From NCBI GenBank assembly GCA_000708835.1, contig DF237303.1, forward strand, positions 1-64,000: a DNA stretch of 64,000 nt, given 5' to 3'. Both the position numbers and the translations under genes were made by a program. This DNA is from Klebsormidium nitens (taxonomy: Eukaryota; Plantae; Klebsormidiophyceae). The notes beneath the pieces were generated by a model that was not told the origin of the DNA, made no database searches, and worked only from the letters and a program-made list of their open reading frames with translations. Of the stretch, positions 1-14,600 are shown piece by piece (within the stretch, counting starts at the first letter, position 1; each line of letters starts with the position of its first letter).

Positions 1-1864
1 GTACAGCTGCAATGCCGCCAACCTAAAATTAAGAATGTCTGGCATTGACGGCTGGTGCCGCTCAGTACACCGATTACTTCTTGTGCTGACTGTAGTCTAT
101 CTGGTTATGTGATTTTGAATTTTGGCGCCGGAAGCGATATGCGCCGTTGATTAGTCCGTACTTTATCCGGCTGACTTAAAACCGTCGATTGTGGGTCCCG
201 GCCTCGCCTCCTTCGGCGAGGTATCCTGGCTCGAAGAGTCAGTGGCCTGGTCATGATAGTTCAAGCGACGAGTTCAGGCAGCGTGACGATCTTGCCTTAG
301 AGGAGGCTTTCTCTGTCGGCGATGGCTGGCTATAAAAGTCCTGAAAACCATGGAATCCTACAAAGCATTACAACATGGATCTGTAAAAAAACTATCGTTA
401 ATGTCTGGCGGCCCCATGCGTACGTCGTTGCTGAGATGTTTACGTTCCAAAAAGTCTCCGGTCACCACACTGCAAGCTCTAGACCGACCAGAACAAAATG
501 AGCCAGCCCTTCGTTATAAGTTCAGACCATGGGTGCTGCTCCTAGATTACAAGCTCGCGCACGTTTGATCGTTCTGCCTGCCATGCACGGTACATGTGAT
601 TGGCTTACCTTCTCTTCTGCAGCAGCACGGGGCCTCTTCAGCTTGTGGGGTGACTTGTGCTTCGAGTCGACACCTCCCTTCCTTTTCATCATGTTGCAGG
701 TGCTTGCATCGTCACGACTGTGCGCACCCCGATTGCCGATTGCAGAAATTGAAAACATGATCTCCGAAGAGGCTTATCCGAGTGGAAAGTTTTCCTTCTG
801 CTCTCACCCTCGCTTGTCGACACTGCTTTCGTTGATAACCGAATTCATTAATGATTCAGGATGCTACCTGGTAGCACAGACGCCACAGAATCTGTTGATC
901 TTGCGATGCTCAATTTGTCTTGTCTCAGAAGACATACTGACCAGACTTCTTCAAGAGGTTTGAGCTGCCTGATTCCAGATTTTTGATTTCCTTGTTTTCA
1001 AGTTTCACAATCAAAGTCAATCAACTGTTTGAACCGTAGCTTTTCAGGTTTGCGCTAAGATTTCACTGCAAGGTTTATCGTTAGAATCCAGCCGTTTGGT
1101 GATGTCGTCGTTGAATCAGTTTGAGGGCACGCTAGGGGCGACACCCGGCTCAATCTTGCGAGGCGGCCTGCTAGCTTGCAGGCAAGTTCTACTTATGTAT
1201 ATGGGAATTGATATCATTCCGTACTTCAAATGACATGCCAGACGACCCTAGTCACCCGACCGTACGGGGTGCTCTCACCGAAGCAAGCGCTGTGTATGCG
1301 GCAGTTGCTAAAGCTTTTAAACGTCAAATTACGTGAAGGAGCTTACGCGGATACTTCTTTGTGATCGAATCAAATGAAGTAGCCTAGATACATAAGTCTT
1401 GTCCTAGCAAAGCCGGTCGAACACTTGCTAACGTCCTTTCCAACAACATACGTATTCAGTACCCTTGAGATTCCTCGACACATAAGATAACTCAGACTAG
1501 CTGCTAATGAGCTTAGGTTTGACTGCACTCAACCTTATGAGTTGCACCTGAGTGATCAGCACTACTGAAGCCTATTTGAACGTACAACTAGGAGCTATAG
1601 CCTACTTAATGTACCCTTTAAGACAAGACCTTCACTACAGGCTACTAGTAGGTACTACCCGTGGATCAAGGGTCAGTCCGCAGCTAACCCTCCAAACCTT
1701 CAATCAGCTTGCTCGAATACGATCACCAATTAAATATGCAGGAGCACCTGATGCCCTCTCCCTATTCAATCAGTAATTACACGTGACCCGCATCGAGCGC
1801 CTCCATGCGGATTTACCAACTCAACGAGCCGGCGCGACTCGTGATCTCACACCAGAACCCGCGC

Positions 1865-4800
1865 CTAGCCGGCGTGCTTGTGCATCATCTCAATGGCGGG
1901 CGGCGCCTTGCCGTTCTCCAGTGCGAACTCCTTGGCGGCCACGCCGGGGTTGTACTCCTCCTCGGTGTACCCGCTGTGCTCCACCAGGTCGTCCTCGCCG
2001 TACGGGATGATGAAGTTGAGGATGATGCACAGGAAGCCGCCGATGGAGAACCCCGTGCTCAGCACGATGATGATCGCGTCGCGGAAGCCTGCACGCGCCA
2101 CGCACCACCGCGTGAAACCAGGAACGCGAACCTCGGTTCAGCTTTGTGCGTCCGCCCTTATGAATCGACAGCGGCCTCGATTTCGAGCCCAAGCTTAAGC
2201 ATTCAATCTCAAAGAATGGTTGATCGCGTTTTTCGAAAGCTACACCTTTGTCTGGGATTCTCTTGTTTCTTCATTCAGAGACGGCCGCAGTCGGCTTTCT
2301 CCAAGCAGACAACCAAGTTTCTGGCTTCGACAAAGCAGCCCCCACGAGCCGAACCGAGGTTCATATCCCACTTTCCTTCCGCACATTTGTCTCATCCACA
2401 AACAATGTATTCCGAACTCCAAAATAGGTTCCTAAACGCAGTTCGGACGTGCCCCGCGCGCGCGTGTGTGCGCGCACCTCGGAAGCCGGGGCTCCAGGAG
2501 TCGCGCGTGGGCCAGAGCGGCCCCTGGCGCGGGTAGTGCTCTTCGTCATTGCCGACGTTGACGAATGCCGGCACGATGGTGACGCCCAGGCCCACCGCGA
2601 GGGACATGGCCGCGATGAAGCGCGTGCGGCGGGTCAGGCCGCGGCCCATGGTCAAAATCTTGATGCCGCTCACCAGCACGTTCACGAACAGCTGCGCGAA
2701 CAGGTTCATGCCGCGTTTCATTGACCTGGTTGATTGACCGTCTTGGAACGAAAGGGCATGCCATCCACCCGCAACCAGCGTGAAGCAATCAATCTTTCAA
2801 TAGCACTTTCGACCTGCGCCAGCGTACAATTGGCCGCACTGCAGGCCAGCCCAAGTTGAATTCGTGATTTTCGGTGACAATTGGAACGGAGGTGCGAGAT
2901 TGAGGTCGCATCACAGTCAGGGGCGTCGGAGGGCTTTACGCTTGAACCCTCAGCTTGGACCCCTGAACCTCGCACCCAACATGTTCTTTTCAACGGATCG
3001 TTCGATAGTTCCCACAAAGGCCGAGAGTTCGATATATCGTCGATTTCCGCAGAAGTTCCACCTAAAAGATTGCAGTCTGGCCGTGCAACATCTGATGCGA
3101 GTTTAAGGTGCCCGAGCAGGCGTCAGCACTGCCAGCCTGGGGAGGTGCGGGGGCGCGCGCTTACGAAGGTGGTCATGCCCCCGAGGACGCAGTTGGGGAT
3201 GGTCAGGATGATGGCCGAGAACTTGCCGATGATGCCCAGCAGGATCAGCCACGCCGCGCACGCAATGCCCGCGCGCCGGGACGCGCAGCGGGTCAGCGCA
3301 ATGACGCCGTTGTTCTGCACGGCGAAGACAGGTGGGCCGGGTGAATTTGACCCGAGGACGGCACCTTTTATGCAGGTTAGGCATTGAAGCTCGGGCTGTT
3401 GGCCGCCTCTCGGAACAAAACTGCCAAGGAATCTTCGACGGAACGAGACCTTAGGGCATCGGGTCAGACTGTTTGTTCCGAGCAACTAAAGCGGCCAGAC
3501 AGAATGAAAAGGATGCGGAAGCATGACGCGCTGCCTGCTTTGAAATTCTCTAAAGGCCCAAAGTAAGCAGTTGAACAATGGCGCCGTCAGACCGTGCCCC
3601 CTGTGCCACACCGTACCCGGCTCTTTCAGCTCTTCCGAGTGCCCAATTACCACTTGCTTAATGCTCCCCTTTCGTCTCATGAAGATGGGCGGTCTAGATG
3701 GCCTACCCGATTCCAATTGCTTCACGCAAATGCAAGCGGTTGCACTTTCAGAAGTCAAAGCTACGAGGTTATAATTATCTGACAAATGTTGCGTCCGAAA
3801 GGAAAGCCAAACAGGCAGGCCAAGGTCTTGCAACACCTCAGTGGGGAGCGACGAAATCGAGATCAAATTCCCAATTAGTTCGAGTGCCGAAGTAGCGAAG
3901 GCACCGCCCTTTCTCAGCTCCACAATTCGGGACGCTGGTTGTACAGAACCACGAAAGGAAGACTCCGGAAACCTGTGTTTTGGTTTTCTGCACGCAAAAA
4001 GAACTGGCAAGAATGCAGAGATGGAATGCGTGATGGAATGCGTGAACGGCAAGGACTACAAGGAAAGACGAGGCGGGCGTTGGCTTTACCTGCGCGAAGG
4101 TGGTGACGGGCATCATGGTGCCCAGCGCGCCGAAGAAGCTGTTGAGGCCGTCCGCCAGCACGCCGCCCTGCACGTTGGCGTCGAACTCCTCACCTGCACC
4201 ACACAGGGGAACAGTGAGTGAACGGGTGAAAGTAAGGGAAAAGGCGGGCCTACTGGGCGCTGCCGGATGCAGTCGTTCAGGGGAGCCTTTTCTGCAGACG
4301 CAGCCAAGCATTAGGCTGCAGACTGTACGTCGAACTTAAATAACCTTGCGGCATGCTATCGGACACGTTCGCCGCTTCAGCGAACGCCGCTTCAGCGAAC
4401 GTTTGGGCCATCGAAAGCCGAGGCCCTCTCGGCCGCTGCTGCAGGTCCTTGACCAGATATCGCAACCACACTCCACATCCACGAGCAACCTCGCTGCTCC
4501 TACTCCTTTAAAAGTGGGCGTAGGCCATGAATGGACAAAGCCAATCACAGGTTCCAAGAGCCTCACAAAACTGCCGTCCGAAACCGAGACCGTTGGATTT
4601 TTGAAGCCGTCGTGAGTAACGGCTGCCGTCAGGCAAACCGCGACGCCCACTTTAAAGGTAAAGGCGCGCGCGCGCGCACCTGCGACGGGCAGGTTGGAGG
4701 TTTCGCGCGTGGCGGTGACGTCGCCGATGCACTCCATGGTGGTGACGAGGTAGCCGAGCAGGCACGGCAGGATGGCGGGCGCGTAGAAGCCGATGGGGAA

Positions 4801-7800
4801 CGTGTGCACCCACAGGAACTCGCCCCACTTGGCGCTGCGGATGACCTTGTCGGTCACGTACAGCGTCTTGCTGCAGTTCTGCGCGCACACACGATCGAGA
4901 AGGCGTCAAACGACCGTCCAATTTGAGGCAGAACTGGGATGAGACGCTTCGGATTCAGTAACTTTGAGGTGGTACTCCTGACGACTGAGAAGGCGCTTGT
5001 CCGGCAGGCAGATTCGCACACAGCCCACATGGACAAAGCAGAGAAGGAGCGAAACGATGATTCCGGTAAGAGAAAGTCACTGAGGCGGCAGTGGTCCGTT
5101 GGAAGAGCGCTACGCGAGGCGACGAGGCTCAGCATGAGAGAAAACGTTTACTTTGACGCTTCCGAAGATGAACACCGTCCTTGAAAGCGGATCATTCAGC
5201 AGCTCCGATCAGAATGCGCTGGGGAAATACAGATGACCCTCCACGGTTTCGTTTTCCACAAAAACCACGACATACCGTGCTCTGACCAAAAGGAGACTTA
5301 CTGGCTGAACGCTGACCTCACACAATCTGGATGTTTTGGTCACCCGACCCGCCTAAAAATTGAATTCAGCACGAGAACAAACAAGAGTCAGGATCACCCG
5401 AGAGCTCACCCCTTCTTTGTCGCAGCTAGTGACGTACGTGGCGGACGCCACGATCATGCCCACCAGCAGACCAATGACCACCTGCACAGCCAGGCCACCG
5501 GTTGCTACTCGGTGAACGCGGCATCGAGACAGCTGCGACTGTATCCTTTGTGAGTCATCGTACAGTGGGGTCGCTCAAACAAGAACGCGACTCATCGCAT
5601 GTGTTCACTTATTTCATATCTGAGGGGCCACCGAAAAAAGGCAAAAGATGACCAAGCTGAAGAGGAAGTAGAAGCAAGCCCACGGTGAGACGACTAGCTC
5701 GAACAATCACAACAAGCGACAGCAGGCGCAAAAGATGCAGTCTTCTTGACAAGTACGGGGTTTATCGAAGTTCCTGGCGGCCCTCCTCGCTTTTGAACGA
5801 GCACTGCGCGGGCCGCTCCTCCAGAGCCTGCAGCAGCTGACAGCAGACACGCAGCTCGTATGAGCGCACCTGGATGTTGCGCATGAAGGGCGACCCGAAG
5901 ATCTCGACGATGACGAGCGTGAAGAAGACCACGAAGCCCAGGCCGACGTAGCGCCAGTTGCCGAAGTTTAGGTTGGTCTCGCCGTTCCCGCTGCACGTCG
6001 GGTGCGTGGTCGTCGCGTTCTCCGCGCAGAAGACGCCGCCGCCCCAGTACGAGAAGCCCGTGCCCAGCAGGTTGGCGCCGATCAGAATGACTGCGGGGCG
6101 GGAGGGGGGCACTCAATCAGACGAGGAGCGGTCGGTTGGGCACGGAAAAGGGGGGATTGCCCGCACATGGTCACTCAGGCAATGTTGAGGTGATTGCGAA
6201 AGGAGCAAGATTCCGAGCCGCTGAATGCCTTGCCATCTGCAGCAGAGACGAACTGCCGAAGCACACATCCGGCAGTCGTGTTTGAGTATGCTGCAAGAGC
6301 AAAGAATTCGGCTCCCCGCTTCGACTAAATGAGCGGTGAGGCCCACCGGCGCAAGTACATTTGACTTCGACAAGTCACAGAGTACAGCATACCCTAACAT
6401 GACTCTGCAGTCTAAGGACTCAGATCCTTCAACAGCAACCAAAAGCGAATGGGCCAAGTGCTCACTTCCTGCCTCTCTCCAGACTGGTTAGGCCCCTTTT
6501 AGAAACCTGTATTAGTATTAGTATAAGTCACCTGAGCTTGTCGTTATTTGGCCGGTCAAATAAAAAAGCTGAGGCGGAGGCTGGCTCCGTTGACTGTTGG
6601 CCTGATCCTGAGGTGCACTCACCCACTGTGCCGGTGACGACGGGGGGGAACGTGGCTCTCAAAACCTTGGCCGGGAGGAAGGAGAAGGCAATTTCGATCC
6701 AGCACGTCACCAGCAGCTGCACACATGCACAGACAGAAAGGAGAGTCAGGAAGTGAATGTGCGGAAAAGCCGCAACTGGGGGGGTGACATGCTTCCAGAG
6801 GGCCTGCGTTGTAATGAGCCGGTGAACGGAAGATCCACAAGCGATCGCGCTGAAAGGAGCCTCAGGGCTGGAATGACCAGACTTCGAGCGGTATGGGTGC
6901 CTTGCACGAGCGCCGCTTAAGTCCATGCAGGACCGAAGGACTCTGCGGCTCGTGCTGACACTAATGCTGCAGCTTTCGATCGAGTTTTGGACTTTGCTCT
7001 TGGTCTAGACCGTTGGTAGTCAGCTAACAGCATTCTGCATGCACCAAAAGCGTTGCTGTCAAACAAAAGGGGGTTGAACTCCGGAGAATGACCAGACCTG
7101 TGAACAAGAAAGGACAAGAGTTGGCACAACTGTCCACCCCCAATTGGCCCACAAGTCCAAATCAAAATAGAACGACTCTTCCCGCACTTCTACCGTCGCC
7201 CCTCGCTCACCGTGCCCAGGAAGCGGCCGTATGCCTCCTGCCCCGTGTTGCAGTCCCCTGTGAGCGGGACGGCGCACGTGTTGCAGGAGCCGCCCACTCT
7301 GCAGCTGACGCCGGCGCAGGCGCAGGCGCGCATGTTCTGGATGGACGACTGGGCAATGGGCAGGAACGTGAAGCTGATGCCCATCACCGACAGCAGGCCC
7401 GTCCCTGCCATGACGTCAGCAGCGGGTAAGCAATCAGGACAGGACAAGGGGACAGGAGGGGGGGTGTATCAAACAGGGGCTGGAGGGGGGCCATGGGTCG
7501 AAGGAGAGGGGGCTTGAGGGGCGAGGGAGAAAGGGCCAGGAGAAAATGGGCCACGAGGAAGGGAGCTGGGAAGAAGTGGGGGGAGTGCAGAGGACTACCG
7601 CAACTGGGATTGGAACTTGGGTGAACAGTTGACGCATTAAGGTCACAGCAGCACAGGGCCTATCTAATGGGTCACGAACGTGGGAACTGCCTTGTCTGCG
7701 CTTCTTGCAAGGACTAATGCTGGGATCTGTACTGTAGACCGTTGTGTTGCTTGAGACATGCACAAGGGATGGAGTAAAACGTAACGCGACTGGCATGCAG

Positions 7801-9306
7801 AATTGACAGAATACACCCCCTGCTTTGATGGGCTTTGCCAGAGGCTTCCCCCATGGACCAAAGGAGGCATCGACGGCTGATGTAAGCTTCGTTGAATGTT
7901 ACGACGTGCAAGGAAAGGACGGTGCACAAGCTGCCCACTTCGATCTGACCATCCGCCGCTGACTATGCTTCACAATGTCATCCAAGCAGGGAGATGAACA
8001 AATGACGACATGACAGGGGGAAAGGGTGACCAAGTAGGATAAGTCGTGACCATGCAGGGTAGGCATATCAGAGGCGATGGGCCCAGCCCCATCTCGTTTG
8101 GAGAACCCTCAGCTTCTAATCAAAGTTTGAAGTCCTCCACAGCCAGAAGTGTGCCCCTCACCTAGGTAGTAGGGGGTGAAGGGGATCTTGAAGCGCGTCA
8201 CTTGGACCATGGATGCAATGCCAGACACAATCAGGGCCGCGGCAATGATGTCTGCACAAAGAAGCCACAGGGTGAACTGAGACATGCGGCTGATTCCCAC
8301 AAGAGAAGAGGGACATGCAGAAGTGGCACTTCTGAGTTGCACCTCCATACAAGCAAAGTTTCAGTTTACGTCACCAGGCCAAAGAAACTTTTGTAGGTTT
8401 GGCCGAATGGGCTAAAAGCGCGAATTTCAGTCGGGGTCTACTTCAGCACACATTTCACATTGCCTGAAAATGCATAATGCAGTGCTGGCAGTATTTCAGG
8501 TCCTGGAACGACTCCTCACAACAAAGATCTGCACACCAGTGACTGCTCCCAGATTTTGAATGCACATCGTAAGGGCAAAGATGAGTTGGGGCCAGAGGGG
8601 GCCCGGGACAGCACTCACACTGCGACTCATCCTGGGTGAAGTTCCCGTAGAAGCTGCCAGAGATGATGAGGGGCACTGTGATGATTCCCCCCACCTGCGA
8701 GCAAGAGCAAGGAGAGGGTTTGCTCTGGCTGACGTGTTTGAATCATAGAAAGGGTGAGCCAAACGAGTTATCACCTATTGAAAGTTACAGATCAAGAGAC
8801 TGCAGGTTCAGCCCAGCCTAAGCATCTCAGGAGCAAGTGCAGGTGAAGCGGGTTCAGGTCCACAATTTACCTCAGCCCAAGAGATAAATTTGGAAACCAG
8901 CACTATTTCATGCTTAAGTTGCGAGAAGGACATCGCAGAAACATACAAGATAAGAGCCGTGTTTACTATGTCAAGCTCTGGGCCAAGCTAGACCTCACAT
9001 TAGAACCTGGATTTCCTTGATTCAAACAGGCACTTGCAAATTGAGCGACTTGTTTCTCAAGTCTCCATTCCTCCGGAACAAACATTCCATCAAGCCCGCC
9101 CCCTCAGCCTATTCCTCGCTGCCTCCTCGTCTCACCATGGCGAGGGCGTGCTGCAGGCCCATCACCGCAGCGACAAAGATGGAGATGGGCTCATCGCGTC
9201 CGAAGAAGGGAGGCGCCCGCGACGCCCCCGACTTCCAGAACTTGCGGGGCATGCACAAAAAGCCCCACTCATAGTCGCCAACCAGGGTATTCTTCCAGGA
9301 CGACAT
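1865..9306 (-). CDS. NCS2/NAT-family nucleobase permease (uric acid-xanthine permease, UapA/UapC-like), 12 exons, ~602 aa
   Basis: Exons in transcript order: 9136-9306, 8619-8694, 8162-8251, 7211-7404, 6623-6716, 5870-6090, 5410-5481, 4680-4878, 4090-4193, 3165-3314, 2478-2691, 1865-2088. All introns are GT-AG, phases are consistent and the total of 1809 nt is divisible by 3. Contains the QH motif of TMS1 (GLQHALAM), the NAT signature TTFAQ-NNGVIALTR, and GGVLADG and VLGGMTTF motifs. Confidence 0.93.
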
Positions 9307-11628
9307 GGCTGCAGACCCGGGGGGGGGAATTCAGCCGTGAGGTATCTGCAAGGCAAACACAACGGTGGTGAGGGGGGAGGAGGTGTGAGGGGTGAAGAGA
9401 TTTCGAAGTGGAGGCTTGGGGAGGGGGAGATGGCAGTCTTGCCAGCCAGAAATGTGACTGACGCGAGGCGTTTCCAAAAACTCCATTGAAGCCAGCTTCC
9501 AGAAAGACAAACAGGGCTTATTATGTTGAGCTGCTGTAAAGAACCAAGGACTTGGGAAGCCTTTCGCCCTTGTCGTGAGCCTATTCTCTGGGCAATCTTT
9601 CTGAGCAGGAAATAGTTCTCCCCCCCAAACTGGCTCAATTGACCAAGGGGCTGCTGGATTGGGAACTTCCTCAAGTGCGCCCGCTTAGAACCTGACAGCA
9701 CCAGCCTTTCCATAATCTGAGAGAACAGAATCTTGGGGTAGTATCATCTAGTCAGCTAGCAAGGGAGCAGAGTGAAGGAGCGAACACAGTCGTTGGTGCT
9801 AAGGTGACTCTGTCTTGTTGCACTGAGCAATGCCGCGTTACAGCATTGAGAGCCTTGCGGATTTGTCATAGACAACACGAGAAGAAAACATGAACACAAG
9901 TTGAGAATGCTGTTCATCAATCACACCTTTATACGGGCTAGCAAGTTTGAGTGTGCACAAGTTTTTAGTAGGACCTTTTCAATGCTATGAAGAGGTGTCG
10001 TAAACCCACATATTTGCAGGCTTAGGGGTAAAGTAGGATTGAGAAGCAATCACACTACACTAGCACTGAGGAACCTCATAAAAGAACTGAGGTCAGCGAG
10101 AGGAAAAGAGATGAGCTGCACCCTGAAGCACATTCGAAGCTCCACTGACCAGCACTCAGCTTACCTGGCAATGCTCGCTTCAGCAGATTGTGCGCAATGT
10201 GCCTTCAGCGTCTCCAAAATCGAAGTGCCGCTTTGTGCGCCCTTGAAGAGACTCCAGGCGCTCAATACTTGCCTTAGCTGCTTCCTAGGTCGGAGGTCAA
10301 GCTAGAGGCAACCCTTTCAATCTTCCTTCTGACTGCTGCCAGTGCTGCTCATGCACTGCTCTAGCCGGTCTAGTACTGAGGCTCTAGCTAGCTCGTCTCC
10401 TCCATTGCAATCTGCAGCCGCAAGCAAATCAGCCCATGTCGCACTGTCAGATTTCAGAACTCGACTCGAGACTCGAGTCTCAAGAGTCAAGACTGGCAAA
10501 TGTAATGATGACTGCGTCGATGCGGCGCTGCGTTCGCCAGGCTCGTTGGGTACTGCCCTGTACCAAAACTGTACGCGCCTCGGTAGGTACCGTACAAGGT
10601 TCGCCGGGCTGTGCCGTACGAAGTACGTACCGTGCACGCTTTTCGGGCCGAAAAGGACATTTGCCACTGCTCGCGCCGCTCGGACCGAGCGGTATCGTAC
10701 CCAGCATGAAGCTGCGGTCCCGGATGGCATGAGATAAAGGCTCCACTGAGCTCTCATAACTTTCAAGGTACCGGTAAATCTCACGGGTACACTGCTGCAA
10801 CAGTCTGGCACGGCAGCTTTTATGAAGTAAACCGCTGACGCATGACATGTGTCACCAACTTAGATTTCAGCCTTCCGATCGAAGTTGCATGTCAGACACG
10901 GACGTTGAAATTTTCCGACAAGCGGCTGAGAATTGAATGCGCTGGATTTGTTTTGTGAAGCGGCGAAACTTTTCTAAGTGGATGATCTCGGGTCTACCTG
11001 ACGAGAAAGATGTACCGGCTTTCGCTGGTCTGCTACCAGGCGGCGATACCATACCGTTTCGTACATATACCGGTCATGTGAAGTCGTACCGTAAATTCGG
11101 TAGGTACGGTAGTCTAGACTCTACATACCTACCTAGTACAGACTTCCAGACTCTACACCCTACAAGTTACAGGACTTGGCTGTGACTTGGCCACCAAACG
11201 TGCTACCTTCATGCCCACACGAAATGGGATCAATGGGAGCCTACCAGGCTCCAGACGTCAAAGCTCATTGTAGTGCAATTTTGAAGGCGTTTTGAGAGGC
11301 ACGAAATCTGAAGGGAAGCGCGAGGCGCTTGCAAGATTGAAAGCGATACGCAAGCAATCATCGGATTCGGCTTCGCTTTTGCAACGTACAGAAGCCGCTC
11401 CGTGTGGACCATTGGGTCAACCTAAGTTTTCAATAAGCGACCCCTACCGATGTTTGTATATTGTTACTCATACTCTGCCCGTGTACTGGTGAAATTGTCG
11501 GATCTTAGGTGTGTCACGTACATTCTTTGTACAATGGTCTTGGCAGCTGTCTTGCTTTACCCGGCTGAATCCTTGATCTGACTCTAGGCACCTAGTCTGG
11601 TAACGACACTGTTTACAGCGGGATGAGA

Positions 11629-14600
11629 CTAGCCCACCTCCATAGCTGCAGGCTCCTCTTGTGATTGCAGCGCAGCTTGTAGCTTTTCCTTAAAGTCCTC
11701 GTCCCCCACAACATCGACCGCCGTTTTCTCGTCGTTATTTTGGATGTCAAGCCGGGCGCCATGCCGAAGAAGGAGGAACGCTACCTGTAGGCAAGAACGG
11801 TGACGGAAAGTGCTCTTTCGTAAGACAGACCTGCTTGGTGTTACACTGATAATTGAGGTTGGGACCAGTATCGACGCGGATTTTCAAATCGACGTGTTCA
11901 GGAGTCTCACGAATTAGGAGAAGGCCCAAAAGGAGTCACGTCCATCCGTAGTGACCCGGCTCTCTTCCCTCTCGTTTTTCAAGCTCCGGAAAAGCGGCAA
12001 CACACAGTGCGCCATCTATTCAAACTGCCGCCCTTCAGTGAACCTTTTCAAATCGAGCCCCTCTGCAACCTCGACATGTCCGGACTCGTCACACTCGGCA
12101 TCCGCTGAAAGCACTGCACTCTCAAGGAAGTCGTCGATTTGGACGAGGGGCCTCCCTCAACAACATGATTTGACGGTACTTCTGAAATGCGAAGGCGTGC
12201 GATACGCCCATCTGATGTACCCATCCATTCGTACTGACGCGCCTGCTACATTGAACCAACATCTTATGACTCCTTGCAATACCTCCGTCACCGACAGGCC
12301 TCATGCACAACGACGACTACAGGCAAAGCACCCAAACGAAATGCGTCCGGGTGATGGGCGCAAAAGGGTAGCTCGCGGACTCGTGCCCCGTTAGGCCGCA
12401 AGGTGATCAGATTCACGTACTAATGCAGGAAAGGTGTGTCTGTTTCTACGGAATGCCACGAGTCCTAATGCATCAAGGTCCTGGTGACAGGTATTTGAAG
12501 CCGCCTATGACACACGAAGCGGATCGGCCAACTTGTCGCAACAGCGCGGTCTTCCACAATCCCCCGATTTCGAAGCGGCGATGAAGAGCGGATGAATGCA
12601 CGGACCAAAAGGTTCACACAACAGTAACTCTGAGGCATTCTGAATTACGAATCGAGACCGCTATTGGACAAGGGGCAAAACGGTTGTCGAGCGTTGAGGA
12701 GCCCAGCTTTACTTTGAACGAAGGTTATGGTCGCGTCTGCAAACGCACTTTCTTTGGTCACTGAACGGGCGTTCGTGATCTGAGTGAACGAAGATGAAAT
12801 GAGGGGCGTCTTTTTGAGCGGGGCAGCTGACACGTTCCCGTGCGGCACCCACCTCTTGGTGGCCCGACGCTGCGGCCAGGAAGAGCGGCGTCTCGCCGTG
12901 CTTGTCCCGCACGTTCACCTTCGCTTTGCCATCGCGTATCAGCACCTCCGCAGCCGCCAGCTGTCCCGCTCCCGCGGCCCGGTGGAGAGGGGTAGCACCC
13001 AACTGCAAGGTTGTGCGAACCTGGCCGTCACATCCAGATTCAAACCGCCTCAGATCATTTGCGTGCACCTCCATCACGAAGCGGATTCGACGTTCGTTCG
13101 GGCTTTCGTACTGTTGACATCTGATCCTTGCATCTTTTTTCTTGCAGCATGCGAAGCAAGTTTACAGGCAGATTAGAGCCAGCTTTGCGAGGGCAGCTTG
13201 ACAGGGGAAGGCCCCGGGGAGGCAGACAACCGATAAATGACGACCAAGCAACAAAGAGAGCGGACTCCAGAGCCAGCGTTTGTCGCGACGAATGAGCACA
13301 AGCAAGTCCGCTGATTGTTCCTGCGTTCAGCTGAGCTGTCCGTTTGTGCTCGAACTTGCAAGAGGACCCCCGATAAGGAGAATAGGACCCGAGTCCGATC
13401 TCAACGCTTCTCTGAAGTCTGAAAAGGATCTGGCTGTCAAGTTGTCTTCCGGCGCTACAATTGAGCTAGACAAGATCGGAGGGCTGGAGCGAAAGGCTTG
13501 ACTTGAACTTGACTTTCGAACGCGAAGGGCCACCAATGAAAATGAGTCAGGAAAATGTAAAAAGAGGAGCGTCAAAAACAGGTGCCTGATTTGTGTCCGA
13601 AGGTCCGGCCCTACATTTGAAGGCCCAAGATTGCAGGCACGAGACGAATTATGCAGGACTTACTCGAACAGCAGGCTGGAAATATTGGTATGATTTCGAT
13701 GAGACGAAGGAAAACATAAGAGCCCAGACACTTGAAACGAACAAAATCCGGAAAGAGACGTAGCGAGGTGATACCTATCAACTGCAAGGTTGGGATACGA
13801 TAGATCTCGAGTTTGTGAGTCGCAAAGAGCCTCTTTTCACCCAAAACATCGAACATATCCAGGCGGGTGCGGGTAAGAAAACGAGTACTTCCAAGGTGCT
13901 TTCCAGGCGCAGCCAGAGGGAGTGCAAGAAGTGGAGGTCCGTATTTCTAATCAACCTCAAACAGACACTGCGCCGAGAAGACCGTAGCGGAATGCCTATG
14001 GTAAGCTTACAAAGAACGAACCCCCTGTTGATATCAGAACCAGTCACTGCTGACGCTCAGTATGTCCCTCGACTCGTCAACGTCGATCGCAATCAAATTA
14101 GCTCAGGCAAAGCAAAGCTACTGCTGTACACACGCACAGACAGCCTTTACTCACAGGCCCCAACTTTGCGGGTCGTATCCTCGGTACAAACAATAGCCCG
14201 CTTCTAACGACTCAGTCTCGACACATATGTGTTCTTTACTGAGTACTGTGTCCAAATAGCACGTGGAACAGAGTACAAGGTCTGTGCGGAGTCTCACCGA
14301 GTCTTTGGCTGCTGCGCTTGCGCCTTTCCGCAGGAGCGCGGCGACAACTCCATCCCGCCCCTTGCTCGCTGCGTAATGCAGAGCTGTCCTCCCACCTGGC
14401 ACGGGGGGCATCAAACAAGATACGTCAGACACATTTCGACAACGCGAAACGGCCACATATGAAGCCTAACAGTCTGAATAAGGGAGCAGCTGCAAGGTTA
14501 GAGGCGCTCAGCCACTATAGCTTCAACGAGTCCAAAAAAAACTAGTTGTAAGGCTTGGTCCTTGTGCTCAAAGATATTTCGCAAGCACAGAAGAGGCAAT

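Noticed and set aside
1-1800. ORFs 350-568 and 529-963 and CTAG-rich sequence
   Set aside because: No codon bias like the real exons, no motifs and no terminal repeats found.
4370-4399. 15-bp tandem duplication cgccgcttcagcgaa x2 in NCS2 intron 8
   Set aside because: An ordinary micro-duplication that does not involve a splice site.
10317-11160. ORFs and GTAC-rich sequence with small palindromes (gagactcgagtctc at 10468-10481; ccgctcgg-a-ccgagcgg near 10676-10692)
   Set aside because: No recognisable protein. Only an 8-bp terminal inverted match (taccgtac/gtacggta), and no CTRR after the hairpin. It may be a decayed TE but I cannot support that.
13780-13793. 14-bp match caactgcaaggttg to the PSMD10 exon-4 acceptor region
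   Set aside because: It is isolated, ~780 bp away, and has no flanking similarity, so it is not counted as an echo.
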